From a virus: DNA of 64,000 nucleotides. The translations under genes were made by a program, and so were the position numbers. Location: IMG/VR virus record IMGVR_UViG_3300046318_000188, positions 32,001-96,000 of that record. One strand, given 5' to 3'. The notes beneath the pieces were generated by a model. That model had not been told where the DNA came from, searched no databases, and saw only the letters and a list, made by a program, of their open reading frames with translations. Positions within the stretch are counted from its first letter, which is position 1. Every line of letters starts with the position of its first letter. Positions 56,768 to 64,000 of the stretch are shown here, in pieces.

Positions 56768-57754
56768 ATGATTAAGAAAACAGAAACAAGGATGACCGAT
56801 GAACGGACATATTTTAAACCTTTTAATTATCCTTGGGCTTATGATGCATGGCTTAAGCATGAGCAATCACATTGGTTACATACTGAAGTGCCAATGCTCG
56901 AGGATGTTAAAGATTGGAAAAAGAAACTTAGTAAAGAAGAAAAACAATTTCTCACACACATTTTTAGATTCTTCACCCAAGGAGATATTGATGTTGCTGG
57001 TGGTTATGTTAACAATTATCTTCCTTATTTCCCTCAACCCGAAATACGCATGATGCTTCTTGGTTTCGCTGCCAGAGAAGCCTTACACGTTGCTGCTTAC
57101 TCACACCTTATTGAAACACTTGGTCTACCTGAAACCATGTATAATGAGTTCATGCAGTATCAGGAGATGAAGGAGAAACACGATTACATTTTAAATATCT
57201 CTGGTCAAAATACTACCAAAGAAAATACAGCGACACATATTGCAGTATTCTCCGCATTTACTGAAGGTATGCAGTTGTTCTCATCATTTATCATGTTGTT
57301 GAACTTCCCAAGACACGGTAAGATGAAGGGTATGGGTCAGATTGTAACTTGGTCAATTGTTGATGAAACTCAACATACCGAGAATATGATTAAATTATTC
57401 AGAACATACATAGAAGAAAATCGTGAGATTTGGAATGATGAACTCAAAGGTCGTTTATATACGATTGCTGAGAAGATGGTAGAATTGGAAGATAAGTTTA
57501 TTGACCTGGCTTTCGCTATGGGCGCCATGGAAGATTTATCTGCTGAAGATGTTAAGAAGTATATTCGTTATATTGCGGACCGTAGATTGATTTCTTTAGG
57601 ACTCAAAGGTCAGTTTAAAGTGAAACGTAATCCTTTACCATGGGTAGAGGAAATGATTAACGCACCAACACACACAAACTTCTTTGAGAATAGAGCAACC
57701 GATTATGCAAAAGGTGCCTTGTCTGGAGATTGGGGTGATGTATGGGCCAAATAA
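56768..57754 (+). CDS. nrdB: Ribonucleotide reductase beta subunit
   Basis: EALH, EG..LFSSF, DETQH, NFFE. Confidence 0.95.
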   Translation: MIKKTETRMTDERTYFKPFNYPWAYDAWLKHEQSHWLHTEVPMLEDVKDWKKKLSKEEKQFLTHIFRFFTQGDIDVAGGYVNNYLPYFPQPEIRMMLLGFAAREALHVAAYSHLIETLGLPETMYNEFMQYQEMKEKHDYILNISGQNTTKENTATHIAVFSAFTEGMQLFSSFIMLLNFPRHGKMKGMGQIVTWSIVDETQHTENMIKLFRTYIEENREIWNDELKGRLYTIAEKMVELEDKFIDLAFAMGAMEDLSAEDVKKYIRYIADRRLISLGLKGQFKVKRNPLPWVEEMINAPTHTNFFENRATDYAKGALSGDWGDVWAK

Positions 57755-57763
57755 GGACTTACA

Positions 57764-57952
57764 ATGACACAAAAACAATTAACGGGAGAATGTTTAAGTT
57801 GTGAATCAACTTATTCAGTTGCATATATGGAAGAAATGGTTTCTCAAGACTTACCTGAACATTGCCCATTCTGTGGTGAACAAATCGAAGAATTATCCGA
57901 AGATTATGTGGAAGATGATGAAGATGATTTAGACACCGGAGAATGGGACTAA
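57764..57952 (+). CDS. Zinc-ribbon protein
   Basis: CLSC...CPFCG, acidic tail. Confidence 0.75.
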   Translation: MTQKQLTGECLSCESTYSVAYMEEMVSQDLPEHCPFCGEQIEELSEDYVEDDEDDLDTGEWD

Positions 57953-58314
57953 ACTTTAAGTTTACACTTATCTCCGTGCCACTTACCGTAATTTAGATAA
58001 CCGATTGTTTTATCACAATGTGGACAAACCTTATCTAATTTACGGTTTTTATTCATTTTGGTAATCCAAGTTTGTTTCGTACCTCTATGTGAATCACCAA
58101 TCTTTTTCCTAGTTTCTTCACTAGGATTATATTGTTTCATTCTGATAATGGTTTCTTCTGTATGTTTAAGTCCTAACCAAGTTCCTGGTATTTTTTCTTC
58201 AGCCAATTTAATTGGTTTATAACTTGTTGGTGTATATTTAATATCGAAGATTTTTGATATATTGGAATTGAATCGTTCCCATTCTTCTTGGGATTCAAAC
58301 AGATAAATACTCAT
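57949..58314 (-). CDS. NUMOD3-containing homing-endonuclease-like DNA-binding protein
   Basis: 'GLKHTEET', 'SEETRKKIGDSHRG', 'CPHC...WHGDKC'; minus-strand TATAAATA at 58380-58373 and AAAGGA RBS. Confidence 0.7.
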   Translation of the reverse strand: MSIYLFESQEEWERFNSNISKIFDIKYTPTSYKPIKLAEEKIPGTWLGLKHTEETIIRMKQYNPSEETRKKIGDSHRGTKQTWITKMNKNRKLDKVCPHCDKTIGYLNYGKWHGDKCKLKV

Positions 58315-58390
58315 GCTGACACGGTCCTTTCGTATTAGAGTATGTGCGGATGCCAGTCCGGCGACATACAACTATTTATAAGAGAATAAT

Positions 58391-58627
58391 ATGCCGAAAA
58401 CATTCAAACAATTTGTGGAAGCAATAAACAAAAACAACCTATTCCGTAAACTACAAAAAGATTTACCAAAAGTCAATGATCCTAAAAACAAAGACGCCAA
58501 ACCAGTCAAATGGACTGGACCTGGCAAAGATGACTATGGTTACACGGGATATCAAGGTCATGGTATGCCGACCGATAAGGCAGAACGAGCTCGTATCGCT
58601 GCTGATAAGAAGAAAAACAATAAGTAA
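58391..58627 (+). CDS. Small protein with capsid-targeting-like N-terminus
   Basis: MPKTFKQFVEA. Confidence 0.55.
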   Translation: MPKTFKQFVEAINKNNLFRKLQKDLPKVNDPKNKDAKPVKWTGPGKDDYGYTGYQGHGMPTDKAERARIAADKKKNNK

Positions 58628-59067
58628 TGTATTGGCAACATGATGGTAAAGATTTTACTGAAGATTTGATTGGTAATAATTACGGGTTCGTGTATCAGAT
58701 AACTAATCTGACGAATGGTAGAAAATACATAGGCAAGAAATTCTTTTATTCTGCCAAAACCAAACAAGTCAAAGGTAAGAAGAAGAAGATTAAGGTATTC
58801 AGCGATTGGCAAACTTACTATGGAAGTAGTGCCGAATTGGCTAAAGATGTGTTATCATTAGGGAATGAAAACTTCACTAGAGAAATATTACATCTTTGCC
58901 AGTCAAAAGGTGAATGTGGTTATCTCGAAGCAAAAGAGCAATTTATTCGTGGTGTAATGGAATCGGAAGATTACTATAACTCATGGATAATGGTAAGAGT
59001 AAGAAAATCACACATCAAGGACTATAATGCTAGACTACTTAAAGGTACTCCAGGACAAGGAGCATGA
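58627..59067 (+). CDS. GIY-YIG family nuclease
   Basis: 'GFVY.ITN..NGRKYIGKK', 'YYGSS', 'YYN'. Confidence 0.8.
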   Translation: MYWQHDGKDFTEDLIGNNYGFVYQITNLTNGRKYIGKKFFYSAKTKQVKGKKKKIKVFSDWQTYYGSSAELAKDVLSLGNENFTREILHLCQSKGECGYLEAKEQFIRGVMESEDYYNSWIMVRVRKSHIKDYNARLLKGTPGQGA

Positions 59068-59368
59068 CGCTTTCTTTTTCCTTCCGGGACCAAAAGAAGA
59101 TACAATTCACCTAGAAGGTGCATCATATAAAGATGCGGGCGAAAACGTAGGACACTCAGCTATGGGTAACGCTTATCACGTTATTCTATTCAAAGAATCA
59201 GAAGATGGTGAGTTGGTAGATATTGATATGTTCGATGCCATTTTTATGGATCCATTGGAATATATGTCTGGTTTATTACCATTTGGTATTTTTGGTATCA
59301 TGGCCCGTAAGACCACCACATCAAATAACTTCATCCAAAAAACATTTGACAAATTACAGAAAGCATGA
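59027..59368 (+). CDS. Hypothetical protein
   Basis: AAGGA RBS; 113 aa. Confidence 0.6.
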   Translation: MLDYLKVLQDKEHDAFFFLPGPKEDTIHLEGASYKDAGENVGHSAMGNAYHVILFKESEDGELVDIDMFDAIFMDPLEYMSGLLPFGIFGIMARKTTTSNNFIQKTFDKLQKA

Positions 59369-59374
59369 TACAAT
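59346..59374 (+). promoter_or_regulatory. sigma70-type promoter
   Basis: TTGACA-N17-TACAAT. Confidence 0.6.
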
Positions 59375-59407
59375 AGTATCTTAATTGGAAACTATTGAAA
59401 GTTTATT

Positions 59408-60250
59408 ATGGTATTAGTAGATTTAAATCAAGTATTACTCGCAGGTCTCATGGCGCAAATTGCCAATCAAAAAGGTAAATTAGATGAGGACCTAATTCGT
59501 CACATGATTCTCAATATTATACGAACCCATGCTCGAAATTTTAAAGAGTATGGTGAAATTGTATTGTGTTGTGATAATCGTAAATACTGGCGAAAAGATT
59601 ATTTCCCATTCTATAAAGCTGGTCGTAAGAAAACCCGTGAAAAGTCCGATTTGGATTGGCATCTCATCTTTGATATGTTGGCAAAGTTTAAAGTCGAACT
59701 CAAGGAAAACTTCCCTTACAAAGTGATTGATGTTGAGGGTGCCGAAGCTGACGATATTATTGGTACCTTGGTTCCACGATTTGCACCACATCAACCAATT
59801 TTGATTCTATCAAGTGATGGTGACTTCTTGCAATTGCAGAACTATGGTAAGAATGTAAAACAATATAATCCATCACAGAAGAAATATATTGTATCTCCTA
59901 ATCCAATTATGGATTTAAAAGAGAAGATTATTCGTGGTGATAAAGGTGATGGCATTCCAAACATCTTCTCACCTGGTGATTGTTTTGTTCGTGACCTAAG
60001 GCAGAAACCAATCACCAAAGGTGTATTAGAGAAGTTGATGCGTGAGGCATATACTGACCAAGAAGAAACTATCCAGGCCAATTGGATGCGTAATGCAACA
60101 CTAATTGATTTGACTTTTATTCCGGTTGAGATTAAAGAGAAAATCATAAATACTTATGAAGAAACCGTTCCAGCAAAAAGGAACAAACTGCTGAATTATT
60201 TTATTGAGCATAAACTGAAGAACTTAATGGAAGTAATAGAGGATTTTTAA
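59408..60250 (+). CDS. rnh: T4 RNase H (5'-3' exonuclease)
   Basis: YWRK..FP.YK..R, EADDII, SSDGDFLQL, GDKGDGIPN. Confidence 0.93.
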   Translation: MVLVDLNQVLLAGLMAQIANQKGKLDEDLIRHMILNIIRTHARNFKEYGEIVLCCDNRKYWRKDYFPFYKAGRKKTREKSDLDWHLIFDMLAKFKVELKENFPYKVIDVEGAEADDIIGTLVPRFAPHQPILILSSDGDFLQLQNYGKNVKQYNPSQKKYIVSPNPIMDLKEKIIRGDKGDGIPNIFSPGDCFVRDLRQKPITKGVLEKLMREAYTDQEETIQANWMRNATLIDLTFIPVEIKEKIINTYEETVPAKRNKLLNYFIEHKLKNLMEVIEDF

Positions 60251-60678
60251 TGAAAAACATTTATGAGATTTTTGATGAATTTGAAGAAGCTGGTAACAAA
60301 AAAGAAAGAATGTTAGTAATTGAAAAGAACTTATCAAAGGTTCTTGTTCAAGTATTAGAGTTGGCATTTCATCCGAATCATCAATGGTTAATTAATGAAA
60401 TGCCGGCCGATTATAGAATTGATGTTGGTAATAAAGTACCAGGTTTAGCTAACTGTAACTTAACAACAGAAATTCGTAAGATGTACCTATTTCAAAAAGG
60501 TGACCAGTCGGCTGAAAAGTTATCTCAAGAAAAAAGACAACAATTATTATTGCAGTTATTGGAATCAATTGAACCCCGTGAAGCAGAAGTAGTCATGGGA
60601 ATTTTACAAAAAGACCTAGGCGTAAAAGGCTTAGATTATAAATTTGTTAAAGAGGCATTTCCAAACTTAATACCATAA
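60250..60678 (+). CDS. Conserved T4-like phage protein
   Basis: 'QLLES..PREAE', 'VKEAFP'. Confidence 0.7.
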   Translation: MKNIYEIFDEFEEAGNKKERMLVIEKNLSKVLVQVLELAFHPNHQWLINEMPADYRIDVGNKVPGLANCNLTTEIRKMYLFQKGDQSAEKLSQEKRQQLLLQLLESIEPREAEVVMGILQKDLGVKGLDYKFVKEAFPNLIP

Positions 60679-61049
60679 TGTTCGAAAAAGATAGAATAAT
60701 AATAACTTGTGGCATATATGATCCACTATCTGTCGAGGAATTAAAGTTCCTTAAAAAATGTAAAGCTAAGGGTGATTGGTTAGTTGTCGGCGTCCATTCT
60801 GATTGGTGGATGCAATGGTCAGAAGGTGGTTATGTACAAGAATATGAAACTCGCCGAGAAATTATATCAAATTTAAAGTGTGTCGATGAAATATTTTCAT
60901 TCAATGATTCTGATGGTACAATCATTCAATTATTAAAACTTGTAAAAATTTGTTATCCTCATTCCGATATTACCTATATTTCGGATGAAGATATGCATAA
61001 TATGCCTGAATCTAAAATTAAAGGCATAACTTTTGAAACTATGAAATAG
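60678..61049 (+). CDS. Cytidylyltransferase-like protein with degenerate HIGH motif
   Basis: 'GIYDPLSVEE' in place of FDxxHxGH; 'GDWLVVGVHSD', 'LKCVDEI'. Confidence 0.65.
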   Translation: MFEKDRIIITCGIYDPLSVEELKFLKKCKAKGDWLVVGVHSDWWMQWSEGGYVQEYETRREIISNLKCVDEIFSFNDSDGTIIQLLKLVKICYPHSDITYISDEDMHNMPESKIKGITFETMK

Positions 61050-61058
61050 GAGAAGTAA

Positions 61059-61241
61059 GTGACAAAATTTGTAGGTAAGTTCCGTAAGAACCAAGACTAT
61101 AATGACGATTACACATATGCAAAGAACTTTTTGCATAGTAAGAAAAGACAATCAGAACATCCAGAGGTCAAAAAGTATATCAAGAATACTGAAGATGTAT
61201 TTGAAGAAGAACTTGAAATTTCACCTGATGATAAAAACTAA
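61059..61241 (+). CDS. Small hypothetical protein
   Basis: AGGAG RBS, GTG start. Confidence 0.55.
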   Translation: MTKFVGKFRKNQDYNDDYTYAKNFLHSKKRQSEHPEVKKYIKNTEDVFEEELEISPDDKN

Positions 61242-61313
61242 GTATACCACTTAATTCTTGAAATTTCATCATAAGTAGGTATGTCCGCCTTTGAAATAAG
61301 GTATTGGTAATGT

Positions 61314-61366
61314 TGTTGTTTCCATACAACACTTTGCTTGACACCACCATCAAACTGTAATACAAT
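61314..61366 (+). promoter_or_regulatory. Promoter with TGTTG-N8-CAACA box
   Basis: Box 61314-61331; TTGACA(61338)-N17-TACAAT(61361). Confidence 0.7.
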
Positions 61367-61390
61367 GGTTCTTCAGTCACGGAGAATTAT

Positions 61391-61735
61391 ATGTTAATTT
61401 ACGGTTATATTCCAAAATCCAAGAAACGTAAAGTTTCTAAAGCCAAGAAATTACAGCACGAAGAATGGTTACTATCCATTAATTCGATGTCTACCAATTT
61501 CAGTAAAAATAAATCCACGAAGTTTTCCAAAGTAACTCCAATGTTTACCGTTCCGGCCGGTCGAGAATCTCCTAACATTGCGTCCTTGGATACTGGATTT
61601 ATTGCTTGTACAAAGAAATTCGGAAATTCATATACAGGTGACAAGATTAAAGGAATTGGTACGATGCATAAAAGTAATGCTGTGCCAGTATTTACCGACA
61701 ATGAAGCAAAAGAGATAGCGAGCATGAGAAGATGA
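61391..61735 (+). CDS. Conserved phage protein
   Basis: 'YTG..IKGIGTMHKSNAVPV...A.EIASMRR'. Confidence 0.75.
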   Translation: MLIYGYIPKSKKRKVSKAKKLQHEEWLLSINSMSTNFSKNKSTKFSKVTPMFTVPAGRESPNIASLDTGFIACTKKFGNSYTGDKIKGIGTMHKSNAVPVFTDNEAKEIASMRR

Positions 61736-61890
61736 GTATTACACAAGATGAATGGGAAGAATATGAAGATTATCTTTTCGAATTGACTGATGAAGAACTA
61801 AAAATTGAGTTACAATGGTTACAATCAGTAGGTAAAGCGAAGCAAAGAGGTAGTGTAGTGTCATCCGTTGAAAATTTTACTATACAATAA
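61732..61890 (+). CDS. Small acidic hypothetical protein (52 aa)
   Basis: Read manually; ATGA overlap. Confidence 0.55.
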   Translation: MSITQDEWEEYEDYLFELTDEELKIELQWLQSVGKAKQRGSVVSSVENFTIQ

Positions 61891-61897
61891 GGTTATT

Positions 61898-62086
61898 ATG
61901 TTAAGCAAACATGAAGAAAAAGACATTTTGAGAGGCATTGATGATATTATGTTCAATATGCGGCACATTCCAGCGCAGGATGTTGCATATTTTCTTGTAA
62001 AATTCAATCCGAATCTTGCCGAAGAATTGGCCAGCGCAATTGAGCAACAAATTTTTGATAAAAATGAAGGAAAAAATCATGGATAG
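61898..62086 (+). CDS. Hypothetical protein
   Basis: AAGG RBS before ATG 61898. Confidence 0.55.
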   Translation: MLSKHEEKDILRGIDDIMFNMRHIPAQDVAYFLVKFNPNLAEELASAIEQQIFDKNEGKNHG

Positions 62087-62270
62087 TAGTAAAATTGGTT
62101 TACAAGAGCAATTAGACAAGATTGATACGCAAATTTTTGCTTTGGCAGACAAATACGACTTCCAATCCTTGGATAATGTTGTTCGAGGTTGGGTTGCCTT
62201 GTCTGGATTCGAAAAAGACCAACAAAATTATGCAAATTTAGCGGATTTATACAATTTTAAATCAGTTTAA
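62079..62270 (+). CDS. Hypothetical protein
   Basis: AAGGA RBS before ATG 62079. Confidence 0.55.
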   Translation: MDSSKIGLQEQLDKIDTQIFALADKYDFQSLDNVVRGWVALSGFEKDQQNYANLADLYNFKSV

Positions 62271-62277
62271 TGAAATG

Positions 62278-62340
62278 TGTTGCTAAAAAACAACACCTTT
62301 ACAAAAAGCATTTGACGGTAAGCATTATTTGTAGTATAAT
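62278..62340 (+). promoter_or_regulatory. Promoter with TGTTG-N8-CAACA box
   Basis: Box 62278-62295; TTGACG(62312)-N17-TATAAT(62335). Confidence 0.7.
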
Positions 62341-62363
62341 GGTTTCATTAAATCGGAGAACTC

Positions 62364-64000
62364 ATGGAACTAATTGAATCAAAATCACTACTTGCCAAAT
62401 TAATGGCTACCGAAAACTTGACCATTGAACAGCGCAACGTACAAACTGCCGCTTTCGATGTAAAGAATCGTATTCTTACGGTTCCTATTCTTGATAAGAA
62501 TATTTCTGGTTACTTGTATGACCTTTTCATGGGTCATGAAGTTGGCCATGCTCTCTACACTCCGTTAGAAGGCATGACTAAGGCTTACGAAGAAAAGATT
62601 CCAATGGGCATTATGAATGTATTGGAAGATTCCCGTATTGAGCGTAAAGTCAAAAACAAATATCCTGGTATTCGTTCCTCTTTCATTCGTGCATACAAAG
62701 AATTAATCGATAAAGATTTCTTTGGTACTGCAGGTATTGATTTAAATGATTTAAACTTTATTGACCGTGTTAACCTTTACACCAAGGGTGGTGCATCACA
62801 AGGTATCAAATTTACCGATTTTGAGAAAACTTTGGTTGATAAAATTGAAAATACTCAATCTTATGATGATGTGATGGAAGTGGCCAGATTGGTGCAAGCA
62901 TATCTCAAAGAAGAAAACGAAAAACGCAAATCCGAAACACCAACATACGAAGAAACCAATGAAGAAGCGGATGGAGAAATTGATCCGTTTGGTTATGGTG
63001 ATATTGATGATGAGAATGATTGGGATGATGAAGAAACTCAATCCAAAAAATCTAATCAACCTTCTGATGAAGGCGAAAGTGAATCAGATAAAGAACCTAC
63101 CGAAGGTGAAGAATATGGAATGAATCCTGAGAATCCACACAATTCTTCTGCCGAAGATGGAATCCGTTCACACACCGATGATGCCTTCCGTAAAAATGAA
63201 TCCAAGTTGTTTGCTAATGATAAGCGAGCATTTTATTATGGTAATATCCCCGATATTAATTTGAGTGAAGCAATCTTCTCATACAAACAAACTTGGACCC
63301 GATATAAAGGTGATGTTCAGCGTATTAAAGATAGTTATAATTCTCCATACGAAAATACTTTCGGTGTTGATGTTGCTAAATTTACTAAGATGCGTAATGA
63401 TGCCAAGAAAGTTGTTGGTTACTTGTCCAAAGAATTTGAACTCCGTAAAAATGCCGAGCAAATGAAACGTGCATCAGTTGCTAAAACTGGTGAATTGAAT
63501 ATGTCCAAGATTTATGGTTATCAATTGATGGATGATATTTTCAAAAAGGTTACAGTTGTACCTAATGGTAAATCACATGGTCTTGTAATGTTCTTAGATT
63601 GGTCAGGTTCTATGCACCATCACATTGAGAACACCATGAAACAATTGATTAACTTGGTGATGTTCTGTAAGAAGGTAAACATTCCTTATGAAGTATATGC
63701 CTTTAGTTCAGAATTTGATGAACCATACACACCTAAAGTTGTAGTTGGTGATATTGTTATGCATGGTTTTAAATTGATTAATATCTTGTCCAGTAAAATG
63801 ACTGCTTCTGAATTTACATATGCTGGTTCAGCATTGGTTAATATGGCACAACAACGTGGTTGGAAACCAGGTTGGTTTCAGATGGGTGGAACTCCACTAA
63901 ATGAAACTGTTATTGCAGCAACTAAGATTATTCCAGAATTTCAGAAACAATATAAACTACAAGTGGTGAATACAGTATTCTTAACCGATGGTGAAGGCCA
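62364..64000 (+). CDS. CobT-like metallopeptidase/vWA protein (3' truncated by window)
   Basis: Read manually: MELIESKSLLAKLMATE..., HEVGH, acidic linker, MIDAS 'LDWSGSM', 'GGTPL', 'LTDGE'. Confidence 0.8.
   Translation, partial: MELIESKSLLAKLMATENLTIEQRNVQTAAFDVKNRILTVPILDKNISGYLYDLFMGHEVGHALYTPLEGMTKAYEEKIPMGIMNVLEDSRIERKVKNKYPGIRSSFIRAYKELIDKDFFGTAGIDLNDLNFIDRVNLYTKGGASQGIKFTDFEKTLVDKIENTQSYDDVMEVARLVQAYLKEENEKRKSETPTYEETNEEADGEIDPFGYGDIDDENDWDDEETQSKKSNQPSDEGESESDKEPTEGEEYGMNPENPHNSSAEDGIRSHTDDAFRKNESKLFANDKRAFYYGNIPDINLSEAIFSYKQTWTRYKGDVQRIKDSYNSPYENTFGVDVAKFTKMRNDAKKVVGYLSKEFELRKNAEQMKRASVAKTGELNMSKIYGYQLMDDIFKKVTVVPNGKSHGLVMFLDWSGSMHHHIENTMKQLINLVMFCKKVNIPYEVYAFSSEFDEPYTPKVVVGDIVMHGFKLINILSSKMTASEFTYAGSALVNMAQQRGWKPGWFQMGGTPLNETVIAATKIIPEFQKQYKLQVVNTVFLTDGEG

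Noticed and set aside
26122-57754. Introns or inteins in gp43, gp41, nrdA, nrdB
   Set aside because: ORFs are continuous and of normal length, with no intein or intron signatures.
62796-63465. Short ORFs listed in the track near the window end
   Set aside because: They overlap the long + strand CobT-like ORF from 62364, which is absent from the track because it has no stop in the window.

Overview
A 64-kb segment of an AT-rich T4-like (Tevenvirinae-related) myophage genome; nearly all genes are on the + strand. The host is probably a Gram-negative bacterium (two-component spanins, TorF-like porin, ErpA). Core modules are recombination and replication (uvsY, uvsW, gp55, gp47/46, gp45/44/62, regA, gp43, uvsX, gp41, gp61, rnh), nucleotide metabolism (thyX, nrdAB, dCMP deaminase) and lysis. 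It also carries auxiliary genes (peptide deformylase, Hsp20, rubrerythrin/rubredoxin, ErpA), a glycosyl/methyltransferase island, and His-rich proteins with a capsid-targeting-like N-terminus. The most unusual region is 16.4-25.8 kb, with 29 tRNA genes covering all 20 amino acids. The array is headed by a promoter, a 33-codon leader ORF using 29 different codons and 19 amino acids, mutually exclusive antiterminator/terminator hairpins, and a boxB/boxA-like element. I interpret this as a putative 'whole tRNA pool' sensing attenuator. The array also contains six RNase III-like stems enclosing unknown small RNAs, other structured RNAs, and a basic-peptide ORF that reads without a stop into tRNA-Lys. 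All calls come from reading the sequence; no database searches were run.
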